Source of the DNA: an uncultured Chloroflexia bacterium
Lineage (GTDB): Bacteria > Chloroflexota > Limnocylindria > Limnocylindrales > CSP1-4
Assembly: GCA_963778955.1 (NCBI GenBank)
Contig: CAVZWI010000001.1
Coordinates: 562,383 to 626,382, forward strand
Direction: 5' to 3'
DNA: 64,000 nt
Shown: one piece after another, positions 45,854-55,992 of the stretch
Position numbering within the stretch: position 1 is the first letter of the stretch
Layout: each line of letters begins with the position of its first letter
Notes under the pieces: model-generated
Seen by the model: only the letters and a program-made list of their open reading frames with translations
What the model was told of the DNA's origin: nothing
The model's database searches: none
Program-made: the position numbers and the translations under genes

Positions 45854-46659
45854 CGCGGCCCGGAGCCGTCATCGGCCAGGATGGGGTCGCCGCGTCGCAG
45901 GGCGGAGGCGCGATCCGCCCACAGGCGCAGACGCAGTGCCCAGAAGTCCCTGATGGCGCGCAAGACCACCCGCGGATCAGCGCCCGACGCCGTGCCGGCC
46001 GTGCGCGGGTAGTGCGGCACGCCCTCCTCGGCGATGACCGCACCGCCGGCGCCGACCTTGATGAGCAGTTCGGCCGACAGGAAGGCGCCGCCTGATTCGA
46101 CGCGCACGCCCTGGAGCGCGCCTCGTCGGAAGAGCTTGCAGGCACAGTCGGGATCACGCACCGCGAGCCCGAAGAAGACACGCAGCGCGAAGCGGTAGGC
46201 GCGCGCGTAGGCCAGGCGGATGGCCGGATCGGCACGCTCGATGCGGTAGCCGACGACCACGTCTGGGCGTGCTGCATCATCGAGGCGGGCCGTCAGGCGC
46301 GCCAGGTCGGCGATGCGGAACTGCCGGTCGCCGTCGGTGAAGCAGATCAGTGGAAAGCGTGAGGCGGCGAGCCCGGAACGGACGGCCGCGCCATAGCCCT
46401 GGTTGACGCGGTGGTGTACCACACGCACGACGTCGGGGTAGGTCGTCGTCAAACGGTCGGCGATCTCCCCGGTGCCATCGGTACTGCCGTCATCGACGGC
46501 GATGATCTCGAAGCGCGCCGCCAGGCGTGGCAGTTCGGCTCGCGCCTCCTCCACGAGGGACTCGATATTGGCAGCCTCGTCGTGGGCGGGAAAGAAATAG
46601 CTCAGCGCCTCGACCCGCGTGGGCTCGAGGGGGTGGGGGAGGTCGGGGGTGTCAGGCAC
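45850..46659 (-). CDS. family-2 glycosyltransferase, polyprenyl-phosphate sugar synthase-like (Ppm1/DPM1/GtrB type)
   Basis: 269 aa, soluble. Contains IIAVDDGSTDGT, FTDGDRQF (DXD-like) and CACKLFRR. It sits next to GT-C membrane enzymes. Confidence 0.8.
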   Translation of the reverse strand: MPDTPDLPHPLEPTRVEALSYFFPAHDEAANIESLVEEARAELPRLAARFEIIAVDDGSTDGTGEIADRLTTTYPDVVRVVHHRVNQGYGAAVRSGLAASRFPLICFTDGDRQFRIADLARLTARLDDAARPDVVVGYRIERADPAIRLAYARAYRFALRVFFGLAVRDPDCACKLFRRGALQGVRVESGGAFLSAELLIKVGAGGAVIAEEGVPHYPRTAGTASGADPRVVLRAIRDFWALRLRLWADRASALRRGDPILADDGSGPR

Positions 46660-46683
46660 GCACCCATCCTAGGGCCACTGGCT

Positions 46684-48202
46684 TCACTGGGTCTTGCGCG
46701 CCACCACCCGGTAGAGCTCGGCCGCCACCCCCGGCACGCGCTCCAGCTGGTAGCGCTCACGGAGGGCGCCCAGGTCCTGGTCCAGGCGGATGACGTAGAC
46801 GGGCCGAAGGTCGAGGTAGCGCTCGATGGCCGCCTCCACGCTGCCCAGGCCATCGTCGAGGATGTCGCGGTCGTCGATGATGGTGACATCCTCGCGCCGG
46901 CCGTCCACCCAGCGGCCATACCACAGGGGCGTGGAGAACGACCACCACGAGAACACGACCGCGTCGGGTGCCAGGGCATCGAACGTGCTGTCGACGATCT
47001 GCCGGCCCCAGGTGTCGGCCGAGGCATCGAGGTCGTGGTAGCGGCTCGCCGCAGGAAGCACCACCAACACGAGCAGCACGGCAGACAGTGTCCCAGCCAC
47101 CACCTTCGCCCCGCCGGTCCCGGCCCGCCGGTCCAGCAGCTCGGCCAGGGCATCCGCGGCGGCCTCGGCGGCCAGCGCCACCCACAGCGCCGCCATCAGC
47201 AGTGGTACCAGGTAGTAACGCTCGATGGCGGCGTTGGGATAGCCGATGGCGAAGAGCCAGGTGCTGCCGAACCACAGCAACGACAGCACGGTCCGACGAG
47301 GGTGTCGCACGAGCCCTGCTACCGCGCCCGAAGCAGCCAGGATGGAGAGCAGCCCCAGGTTCCGACCCAGTTCGCTGCTGATGCCGGCGACGACGTCGGC
47401 GAGCGGCGGCAGTGGGCCCATGGAGCCCTGGAACTGTTCGCCCAGGACGACATACCAGAAGGCGTCCCAGGTCGCCGGGTGGGCGTAGTCCAGCGGCGGG
47501 TCCATGGCCGAGCGCAGCGGCAGGTACAGGTAGACCAGGCTGGCCGTGATCGACGATCACGGCGATGCATAGCAGCACCAGCCGCCATTCTCGCCACAGG
47601 ATGCGAGGCGCGACCAGCAGGAGGTAGACAGCGATGCCGGGCGCCAGCAGCAACGTCAGCGCGTGATTGCCCAGCGAGAGGCCGAACACGAAGGCGGCAG
47701 CCACCAACCAGCCTGCCGCACGGCGGAGATCGTGCTCGCGGCCACCGGCCCAGGCGCCAAGCAGCACCAGGAGCAGGGCCGCCATGAAGACATGCAATGC
47801 GTGTGGGTCGGCGCGCTGTCCCCAGTGCCAGGCCACGGGTGTCAACGCGAAGGTCAGGCCCGCCAGCAGGCCGATGGCCCAGCGCCGGGTGATCTGCACC
47901 ACGCTCGCTGCCAGGAGTGCGGCGGCACCGGCCATCAGCAGGGCCGAGAGCAGGTCGGCCCGGTAGGCTTCGTTGCCGAAGGGCGCCAGCAGCACTGAGC
48001 CCAGCCAGGCCAGCAGCGTGTAGGTCGGGTAGCCGGTGGGGTGGGCGATCCCCAGGGTGCTGCCGATGGCCTGGAACTCGGCGGTGTCCCACAGGCCCAC
48101 GTCCGGCAGCAGCGTGCGGGCATACAGCACCAGCGCCACGCCGAACACGGGCAGCGCCGCGAGGGCATAGCCGGTCGCCCCGCCGTCTCGCGGCCTCACC
48201 AC
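46684..48202 (-). pseudogene. DUF2723 / TMEM260-like GT-C membrane glycosyltransferase gene with a 1-nt frameshift near 47545-47562
   Basis: The N-terminal part is in ORF 46757..48202 (…LPDVGLWDTAEFQAIGSTLGIAHPTGYPTY…LLCIAVIV) and then turns to junk. It continues in ORF 46684..47505 (…ITASLVYLYLPLRSAMDPPLDYAHPATWDAFWYVV…). The 1519-nt span is 3n+1. Confidence 0.7.
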
Positions 48203-49606
48203 CCCAGCGTCACGCCCCAGAAGACACCCCAGGCGTTGATGGCGATCGAGGCCGCCACCAGACCCACCGACCTGACACCCATGCCCAGGCGGGCGATACC
48301 GAGCGCCACGAGCACGACCGCGAAGGGCGCGAAGTCATTGCTGAAGCGGTAGCCGAACTGGACCCAGCCTTGGCTGAAGTGCATGAGGTCGATCAGGGCG
48401 ATCGAAAGCACCGCCAGTGCCGCTCCGGCCACGACGCGTCGCCGCCAGTCCCGCAGCAGGATGGGGACCATCAACAGGTAGGCGGGGCTGGTGAGCAGGA
48501 TGCTCATGCCGATGGGATCCGGCTGCAGTAGCGGGCACTCGCGGTCGAAGAGCCGATCCGGGCCCGACGCCCTCGGCAGCGCAGGCGGGGTCATCAAGCA
48601 GCGGCATCCTGGGCAGCTGGGCCAGCATGACGCCGGCGTTCTGGGGGATGTAGCGCGGATCCTCGATCGACCAGTCAGGGTGCACCAGCTCGGGACGCGG
48701 CCGGTACTCGACCTCGTAGAGATAGTCATAGGCAGGATGGAACACCGCCCCCGCGGTGACGAGGTTGTAGCCGAGCAGCAAGAGCACCGGGATGAGCGCC
48801 CCGGCTCCAGCGCTCAGGGCACGTCGTGGCCACGACCCGCCAGCGCCGACGAACACGAAGAACGGCGCTCCGAAGATGGTCGTGAGGCGGGCGATGCCGG
48901 CGGTGCCGAAGGCGAGCCCAGCCACGAACCCACGGCGAACGGCGCGCTGTCCATCGGCGCGGAGCGCGAGGCCGATGGCGACGAAGAGGAAGGTCGACGC
49001 CACCACGTGGGCCAGGAACCAGGTCGTGCCCAGCATGGCTGCGTACCAGGCCACGGTGCCGAAGCCGTAGAACAGCGCGCCCAGCAGTGCCGCGTCGCGG
49101 CGTGGCGCGACCGCCAGCAGGACCCACCAGCACAAGGCCACATTGAGCGCCCCCAGGGCTGCTGCCACGGCGGCTGCGTTGGTGTCCAGGCCCCAGACCG
49201 CCACGAACGGCAGCAGGATGATGGCCGGCAGCGGCGGGAATGGCACCTGGGCCCGGCCGGGAGTCGTCGGCAGCACGTCCTGGAAGTAGTCGTTGCGATA
49301 CGGGCCCTCGCTGACAGGGTAGGCGATCTCCGTCCGGCCATGCAGGAAGGCGTCGGCCTGCCAGACGAAGTGATCGTAGAAGTCCGTCCGGCCGGGGTTG
49401 GAGCTGAAGTACACGAGCGCCGCCAGCGCGAAGAGCCCGACCGCCACCCAGCCCGGGTGCGTCCGCTGCAGGAACCTCTCCAGTCGGCCGTGCGGCTCCA
49501 CGGGAACGGATGGCCCGGCGGTATCGGGGCCCGTTGATATACTCGCGCTCACCTCAACGCTTTCCCAGGAGGCAGGTCGTCTTCGGTGACAACGCCCCTC
49601 GCGCAA
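48196..49606 (-). pseudogene. polytopic GT-C-like membrane glycosyltransferase gene with a 1-nt frameshift at the GGGG run near 48587-48590
   Basis: ORF 48335..49606 is membrane-protein-like up to ...MLAQLPRMPLLDD. ORF 48196..48729 continues with ...PALPRASGPDRLFDRECPLLQPDPIGMSILLTSPAYLL... The 1411-nt span is 3n+1. The start is more likely GVG-context GTG 49552, because 49606 would overlap the divergent gene. Confidence 0.55.
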
Positions 49607-52600
49607 GGGGTCGGCCGTCGCCCCGGGGAGCCGGTTCGTCCCCTCGGGGTGCTCGCCCTCAGCCCCGCTCTCATCGTTCTCTTGCTCGCAGGATTGGCAC
49701 TGCGGCTAACTATCGCATACGTGCTCTTCCCGGCCTCGGGCTTCGAGTCGGACCTGGCCTCGTATGCGTCGTGGGCGGCCACGCTCGCTGAGCATGGCCC
49801 GAGCGGCTTCTATGCGAATGCCGGCTTTGCCGACTATCCCCCGGCCTACCTCTACCTGCTATGGATGGTAGGTATGCTCGCTGGTGCCGGTGCGGACCCG
49901 GGCGACCTCATCAAGCTCCCGCCCATCCTGCTCGATATCGGGGTCGGCTACCTGGTCTACCGGCTGGTGCGTGGTTGGACCTGGCCGGGGGCCCGGAGCG
50001 AACGACTCGCCATCGCCGCCGCGGCGCTGTACCTCTTCAACCCGGTCTCCTTCTACGACTCAGCGCTGTGGGGCCAAAGCGACGCCGCCGGCGCCCTGGT
50101 GCTGCTGCTGGGGGTGGCCGCGCTCATCCGGGGCAACAGCGAAGGCGCTGCCGCCCTGGCCGCCGCCGCCGCGCTGGTGAAGCCGCAGTTCGGGGTCGTG
50201 CTCATCCCGCTGGTGCTCTTCGTGTTGCTCAAGCGGCACCTGTCGCGAGTGGGCTCCGGACCCAGCAACCGGCCCTGGGCGCCGGCGCCGCTGGCGCGTT
50301 GGCTGGCACGCGAGCAGGGCTGGCCACGGCTGCTGACTGCCTTCCTGGCGGCGTGGGTCGCGTTCTTCGTGCTGGCGCTGCCCTTCGGCATGGGGCCACT
50401 GGAGTACCTCGATCGCATGCTCGGCACCGCCGGCGGCTATGGCTACCTCACCGTCAACGCGTACAACCTCTGGGCACTGGTGGGCGTCGACGGCGCACCA
50501 TCATTGGCTGAGGCGTTCCACTGGATCGAGGACACGCTGCCGCTGGCGGGGCCCATCCCCGGGGTGGTCATCGGAGCCGTCTTGCTCGCGGTCGGATTCG
50601 GGTGGGGAAGCGTGCGTGCCGCGGTGCGTGACGACCGCTGGACCATCATCGTGGCCGCTGCGCTGCTGGCAGCCGCCTTCTTCGTCCTGCCCACGCGCGT
50701 CCACGAACGCTACATCTACCCGGTCATCGCCCTGCTGCCGCTGCTGGCGGTGGTGGCACGTCGCTGGGCGCTGGCACTTCTGCTGCTGAGCGCAGGCGCC
50801 TTCATCAACCTCCACGGCATCCTGACGTTGCCGCTCTACGGCACGCCCAACGTGGAGACACTGGCGGCCGGGGAGTGGTTCCGCACGCAGCCGCTCATCG
50901 TGGCGTCAGCCGTGCTGCAGACGTTGGTGACCGTCTGGATGGCGTGGCAGTTGCGTCCCTCGCTGCAGACGAGCCCGGACGGCTTCGACCGCGTCGCGGC
51001 GGCCCACCCGGGCTCCCTCGGGCAGATGCCGCCCGAGACGCTCTCGTTCAGAACCGACCCGCCGCCGCTACCGGCCCTGGCATCCGGGGCACCGAGTCGC
51101 ACCGACCGCCTGGTCGCCCGGCTGTCCTGGGGTTCGCTTCGGCGAGACCGCAGCGCCTCCCTCGCGGGCGAGACCGGTGGGCGCCTCGACCGCAAGGACC
51201 TGCTCATCCTGACGGTGTTGGTCGTCGTCACGCTCGTGGTGCGAGGTGCGCGCCTCGAGCAGCCGGTGCGCATGTACTTCGACGAGGTCTATCACGCGCG
51301 GACCGCGGCCGAGTTTCTGCAGGATTGGGAGTACGGCGAGCCACATGACATCTACGAGTTCACCCATCCCCATCTGGCCAAGTACGCCATGGCCTGGGGG
51401 ATCCGCCTGTTCGGCGGCAACGAGATCACCGGCAGCGCCGACCTCGGCGTGCCCGTGCTGGACGCGGCACTGGAGCGTCGCTGGAACCCCCCCGGCAGGG
51501 ACGCTGTGCGCAACGGCGATCGACTCTACATCGCCAGCGGCGACGCCCTGCGTGTCTTCGACCCCGCCACCGAGCGACTCCTGGCCGAGCTGCCGCTGGC
51601 CGCCACGGCGCTGGCCGTCGATCCGTCCGGCCATAGCCTCCTGGCCGCCGATGGCGAGGGGCGCCTGTACCGCCTGGACACCACCTCGCTCGATGCGCTC
51701 CGCCATGGCGAACCGGGCGCTGCGCTGCCCGAGGTGGTGGCGCTCTCGGCTGGGCCCGGCGCCTCCGTGCAGCAACTGCTCGTCACCGACACCACACTGG
51801 TGGCGGTCACAGCCGACGCCATCACCACCTTCGACCGCGAGACCGGCGCCCGGTTGTCACGGCGCTCGATCGTGGCACCGTCGGATGTGGTGGTGTTGCC
51901 CTCGGCCGAGCGCCTGGTGGTCGACACGCGGCAGCTCGGCGACGGCAAGGCGGCCGTCTCGCTCATCAGCGAGGCCCTTGCCGCCGATGCCGCCGCGACT
52001 GACAGCGGCGCACTGCGGACCTCCGACCCCGAGGAGCGCGCGCGCATCCGCGATCTGCTGACGACGGACGGCGTCGTGGTGGTGTCCGCGTTCCTCACGG
52101 ACGACGCTTCGGCGGCGCTGGCTGAGGCGATCGATGCCGGTCGGCTTCCGGGCGCGGTCATCGAACGTGGCCCGCTGCTAGCGGTCGCCGACGCTGCCGG
52201 CATCAGCCTGCTGGATGGCTGGACACTCGACCTCATCGACGAGATCCCGACCGACCAGCCCGTGTCTGCCCTGGCCAGCTCCGACCCTGAGGCTGGCGAA
52301 ACCACGCTGTACGGGGCCAGCGGTTCGTCTCTCGTCTCGCTGCCGATCAACGCCGACGGGCCCGGCTCCACGGGGTCGGTGTGGATGCCGGGTCCAGTGC
52401 ACGATGTCGTCTGGAACCAGTCGGCCGAGCTCGTCCACGTCCTCGGGGATGCACCAGGCGGCGGCCCCACCGTCTACGTCGTGGAGCCCAAGGGTGAGTC
52501 GGTCTTCATCGACGTACCCCTGGCCGCGCAGCCGGACTTCCTGCTCGCCGACACGCTGGCGCAGCGCCCTGACCTGGACCGGACCGAGGTGGTCGCCATC

Positions 52601-54742
52601 ACAGCTGAAGGCGACCTCACCACCATCGGTATCGGCGGCAACGCCTTCGGCTGGCGCCTGCCGGGCATGCTCATGGGCGTCCTGGCGGCGGCCCTGCTGT
52701 ACCTGTTGGCGCGCGCCTTGTTCGCCAGGCGAAGTGTCGCCGTCGTCACCGCGGTCCTGGTGGTTGCCGAGGGCATGCTCTTCGCCAACTCGCGGATCGC
52801 CATGAACGATGTCTACGTGACCACCTTCGTCGTGTTGGCGGTGCTGCTGTTCGCGCCCTTGTATCTGGCGCCGCGACGGCCCTTGACGGCAGCCGCGATC
52901 CTCCTCGCCGCCGGCGTCGCGCTGGGTCTCGCCCTGGCCTCCAAGTGGGTGGCGCTCTATGCCATCGGGGGTCTGGGCCTGCTGGTGTTGTTCCGCTCCG
53001 GACTGGGGCGGATCCTGGCTCTCACCGTCATGATCACCCTCACCGCCGTGCTGGGTTCGCTGGCCATTCGTGGCGGACCTGGAGACGACCCGGCACGCAA
53101 CTGGACCTTCCTGCTGCTGATGCTGCTGCTGACCAGCCTGCTTGCCGCGGCCATCGTGCGTCGTCCCATCCCGGTCACCAGGACCGAGGCCTGGCTGGCG
53201 GCTGGCATGCCAGCCGCGGCGGGTCTGGCGCTGGGCCTGGTGGGGAAGCCCCTCGCCGGGGCACTAGCCATCATCGTCGCTCTCGCCATCGGCGGTGTCG
53301 TGGTGATGGCCGGCAGCCTCGGCCGCGGTCCCTTTGCCGCCGACGCTCGCCAGCCGGCTCCGGGCACCAGTGTCTGGCTGCGGCCGGGGCCGGGGTTCGG
53401 GAAGGTCGTTCCCTGGTTGCTGACGCTGGTGGCCCTCACGGTCGTGCCGTTGGCCATCTATGTGGTCTCCTACGCGCCGTGGGTGGAGTTGGGCAATGCC
53501 TGGGGTCTGCCGCTGCTGGACCACCTGCCGGGCCTGCCCGCGTCGACGCCGGGTGGCCAGACGCTGGCCGCCCTGACCGAGTCGATGTACCAGTATCACG
53601 ACAACCTGCGTGCCGAGCACGCGGCCTCTTCGCCCTGGTGGGCCTGGCCCCTGGACCTGAAGCCGGTGTGGTTCTACCAGGGGCGCTACGACGACGGCAC
53701 GACCGGGCTCATCTACGATGCCGGCAACCTGGTCATCTTCTGGATGGGCCTCGCCGGCATGGTCTTCTCGGCATGGATGGCCTGGTGGCGTCGCAGCCTG
53801 CCGTTGACCATCGTGGTGATGATGTGGGTGGCGATGTGGCTGCCGTGGGCTCGCATCGATCGAGCCACATTCCAGTACCACGTCTACGCCAGCCTGCCCT
53901 TCCTGCTGCTGGCGTTGGCCTATCTGCTGGCGGAGCTGTGGCACGGACCATCAGCGCGCTCGTGGCTCCTGGCGCGCGCGGCCGCGGCGCTGGCGATCAT
54001 CGGCGCCCCGCTGCTGTGGCTGTTGCGCACGCCGCTCTGCATCCTCGCTGGGACGGCCGTGGCGAACCCCTCCGGTGTGGCCTGCTCATCGGAGGCCACG
54101 CGCACCGCGCAGATCAGCCAGGGTGGCGCCGTGGCCATGCTGCTGCTCGCGCTGGGCGTCGGCTTGGTGGCATACCTGGTCTGGCGCGCCGGCCGCAGCG
54201 GGGCTCGAGGAGCGGCCCCTGGGCGCCGCCGCTCGGTGGTGGCCCTCGTGGCCGTGGCATTGCTGACGCTCAGTGGTGTCATCGCGGCGCTGGTCATCCT
54301 CGATACCACCACGACCACCAGCCTGGTGTTGTCCTCCGATGTGCTGGCGCTGTCCGCGCTGGCAGTGCTGGCCGTGCCGGCGTGGCTGACCCTGCGCGCC
54401 CGTGACCCGCGTCGCTTCGTGCAGGGTGTCCTGGCCGCTGCGTCCCTATGGTTGTTGCTGTGGTACCCGAACATCTCGGGCCTGCCGCTGCCGTCCGACC
54501 TGGCCGGCATGTATCAGGGCCTGCTGCCGACCTGGAACTGGGACTTCCAGTTCTCCGTCAACACCGAGCCCGCCGCCGGGGGCGGGCTCCTCGACGCCGC
54601 CACCCTGGTGGTCGGCGGACTGACGCTGATCGTCGTGGCCGCGGTCGCGCTGGTGGCGCGCTCATGGGATCGTACGGATCCGGCCGCCGCGAGCGAGCAG
54701 CGACAGATGCCACCGGGGCCGGGGTCGGCGCCGATGCGCTAG
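49586..54742 (+). CDS. 1718-aa fusion of two GT-C glycosyltransferase modules: N-terminal PIG-V/Gpi18/DUF2029-like module plus C-terminal PMT (GT39, protein O-mannosyltransferase-like) module with a ~410-aa insertion in loop 1
   Basis: Residues ~40-460 read SGFESDLASYASWAATLAEHGPSGFYANAGFADYPPAYLYLLW...NPVSFYDSALWGQSDA.... Residues ~535 onward carry the PMT signature loop MYFDEVYHARTA...HPHLAKYAMAWGIRLFG, then an insertion (aa ~611-1018, nt ~51416-52639), then AFGWRLPGMLMGVLAAALLYLLAR...NSRIAMNDVY...ASKWVALY...SSPWWAWPL...WFY. There are more than 20 predicted TM helices. The alternative start is GTG 49649. Confidence 0.8.
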   Translation: MTTPLAQGVGRRPGEPVRPLGVLALSPALIVLLLAGLALRLTIAYVLFPASGFESDLASYASWAATLAEHGPSGFYANAGFADYPPAYLYLLWMVGMLAGAGADPGDLIKLPPILLDIGVGYLVYRLVRGWTWPGARSERLAIAAAALYLFNPVSFYDSALWGQSDAAGALVLLLGVAALIRGNSEGAAALAAAAALVKPQFGVVLIPLVLFVLLKRHLSRVGSGPSNRPWAPAPLARWLAREQGWPRLLTAFLAAWVAFFVLALPFGMGPLEYLDRMLGTAGGYGYLTVNAYNLWALVGVDGAPSLAEAFHWIEDTLPLAGPIPGVVIGAVLLAVGFGWGSVRAAVRDDRWTIIVAAALLAAAFFVLPTRVHERYIYPVIALLPLLAVVARRWALALLLLSAGAFINLHGILTLPLYGTPNVETLAAGEWFRTQPLIVASAVLQTLVTVWMAWQLRPSLQTSPDGFDRVAAAHPGSLGQMPPETLSFRTDPPPLPALASGAPSRTDRLVARLSWGSLRRDRSASLAGETGGRLDRKDLLILTVLVVVTLVVRGARLEQPVRMYFDEVYHARTAAEFLQDWEYGEPHDIYEFTHPHLAKYAMAWGIRLFGGNEITGSADLGVPVLDAALERRWNPPGRDAVRNGDRLYIASGDALRVFDPATERLLAELPLAATALAVDPSGHSLLAADGEGRLYRLDTTSLDALRHGEPGAALPEVVALSAGPGASVQQLLVTDTTLVAVTADAITTFDRETGARLSRRSIVAPSDVVVLPSAERLVVDTRQLGDGKAAVSLISEALAADAAATDSGALRTSDPEERARIRDLLTTDGVVVVSAFLTDDASAALAEAIDAGRLPGAVIERGPLLAVADAAGISLLDGWTLDLIDEIPTDQPVSALASSDPEAGETTLYGASGSSLVSLPINADGPGSTGSVWMPGPVHDVVWNQSAELVHVLGDAPGGGPTVYVVEPKGESVFIDVPLAAQPDFLLADTLAQRPDLDRTEVVAITAEGDLTTIGIGGNAFGWRLPGMLMGVLAAALLYLLARALFARRSVAVVTAVLVVAEGMLFANSRIAMNDVYVTTFVVLAVLLFAPLYLAPRRPLTAAAILLAAGVALGLALASKWVALYAIGGLGLLVLFRSGLGRILALTVMITLTAVLGSLAIRGGPGDDPARNWTFLLLMLLLTSLLAAAIVRRPIPVTRTEAWLAAGMPAAAGLALGLVGKPLAGALAIIVALAIGGVVVMAGSLGRGPFAADARQPAPGTSVWLRPGPGFGKVVPWLLTLVALTVVPLAIYVVSYAPWVELGNAWGLPLLDHLPGLPASTPGGQTLAALTESMYQYHDNLRAEHAASSPWWAWPLDLKPVWFYQGRYDDGTTGLIYDAGNLVIFWMGLAGMVFSAWMAWWRRSLPLTIVVMMWVAMWLPWARIDRATFQYHVYASLPFLLLALAYLLAELWHGPSARSWLLARAAAALAIIGAPLLWLLRTPLCILAGTAVANPSGVACSSEATRTAQISQGGAVAMLLLALGVGLVAYLVWRAGRSGARGAAPGRRRSVVALVAVALLTLSGVIAALVILDTTTTTSLVLSSDVLALSALAVLAVPAWLTLRARDPRRFVQGVLAAASLWLLLWYPNISGLPLPSDLAGMYQGLLPTWNWDFQFSVNTEPAAGGGLLDAATLVVGGLTLIVVAAVALVARSWDRTDPAAASEQRQMPPGPGSAPMR

Positions 54743-54768
54743 ACGCCAGCGCCTGTGCGCGCCATACG

Positions 54769-55992
54769 TCAGTCGGCCTGCTTCGCGACATCCTCCTCGT
54801 CCTGGCCCGAGTCCGGTTCGGGCGCCCGGGCCGGAGGCTCGGGGATCTCGGCGTCGAAGCCCGAGGGCAACGAATCGGACGCGGCAAGGCGGCGGATGAC
54901 GAAGCCGTAGTACTCCTCCACCTTGGCGGTGATGTTCTCCCAGCTGAACTGGACGGCACGCTGCCGTCCTGACTCGCCCATGCGCTCGCGCAGCGGCATA
55001 TCCCGCAGCAGGGTGCCCAGGGCGGCCGCCAGGGCTTCGGTGTCCCGCGGTGGCACCAGCACCGCCTGCTCGTTGCGTCGGACGACCCCCTTGTAGCCGT
55101 GGATGTCACTGCAGACGATGGGTGCCCCGGCGGCCATGGCCTCAAGCAGCACGATACCGAACGACTCCTGCCCGGTCGCCGGCGAGGCATAGATGTCAGC
55201 GCTGGCGAAGGCGCGTGCCTTGTCGTGGTCAGAGAGCCGGCCCAGCATCTCCACGCCACCCAGGCGTCGTGACTGGATGTAGCGCCTCGCCTCGCCTGAT
55301 TGCGGCCCATTGCCCACGATCAACAGCCGGCAACCGAGCCCCTCGAGGCGCAGCTGGTAGTAGGCCCGCAACAGGTACATCAAGCCCTTGCGACTCTCGA
55401 AGCGGCCGACGAACAGGATGTTGGGGATGCCATCGCTCCAGCGCGCGAACGGGGGCACGTCATCGAACTGCGCCAGGTCAACGCCATTGGGGATGACCTT
55501 GTACTCACCGGGGAAGTAACGCGAGATGAAATGTCGCGCGGCGGCGCTGACCGCGATGCGGCCATGCAGGCGGCCGGCCGGCGTGACCATGAAGCGCTTG
55601 CCGAACTCGTAGGAGGGGCTGAAGCCGGAGTAGGCGTGGAAGGTGGCCACGTTGACCGCCTTCGAGTGGCGCAGGATGACCAACGAGAGGAAGGGCACGA
55701 AGGGCTCGTGATAGTGGATCACGTCGAATCGCTCGCGCTGCAGCATCTCCTTGACCAGGTGCCCGTAGCGGTGCGAGACCGTCAGCGTGCCGACCGAGCC
55801 ATTGGTGGGCACGCTCCAGCCGTAGCCGAGCCGGATGATGTCGCCCTCGCTGGAGCGCTGCGGACCGTGGGTGGAACTGATGATGCGGACGTCGTGGCCG
55901 CGTTTGACGAGGTTCTCGTAGAGGTAGCCGACGTGTGCGTTGACGCCACCAGGGAGGGGAAAGATGTACGGCGTGACCAGGCCGATCTTCAT
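54769..55992 (-). CDS. GT4 glycosyltransferase, PimA-like (phosphatidylinositol alpha-mannosyltransferase-like)
   Basis: 407 aa. The N-terminus is MKIGLVTPYIFPLPGGVNAHV. The C-terminal EX7E-type region is ESFGIVLLEAMAAGAPIV. It is the last gene of the inositol-lipid operon, and its ATGA overlaps the PHP gene stop. Confidence 0.8.
   Translation of the reverse strand: MKIGLVTPYIFPLPGGVNAHVGYLYENLVKRGHDVRIISSTHGPQRSSEGDIIRLGYGWSVPTNGSVGTLTVSHRYGHLVKEMLQRERFDVIHYHEPFVPFLSLVILRHSKAVNVATFHAYSGFSPSYEFGKRFMVTPAGRLHGRIAVSAAARHFISRYFPGEYKVIPNGVDLAQFDDVPPFARWSDGIPNILFVGRFESRKGLMYLLRAYYQLRLEGLGCRLLIVGNGPQSGEARRYIQSRRLGGVEMLGRLSDHDKARAFASADIYASPATGQESFGIVLLEAMAAGAPIVCSDIHGYKGVVRRNEQAVLVPPRDTEALAAALGTLLRDMPLRERMGESGRQRAVQFSWENITAKVEEYYGFVIRRLAASDSLPSGFDAEIPEPPARAPEPDSGQDEEDVAKQAD

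Noticed and set aside
52945-54405. 486-aa plus-strand ORF and several other long ORFs inside 49.6-54.7 kb
   Set aside because: They are off-frame or antisense overlaps of the 1718-aa GT-C gene. They are Arg/Gly/Pro-rich with no membrane-protein character, whereas the main frame has conserved PMT motifs.
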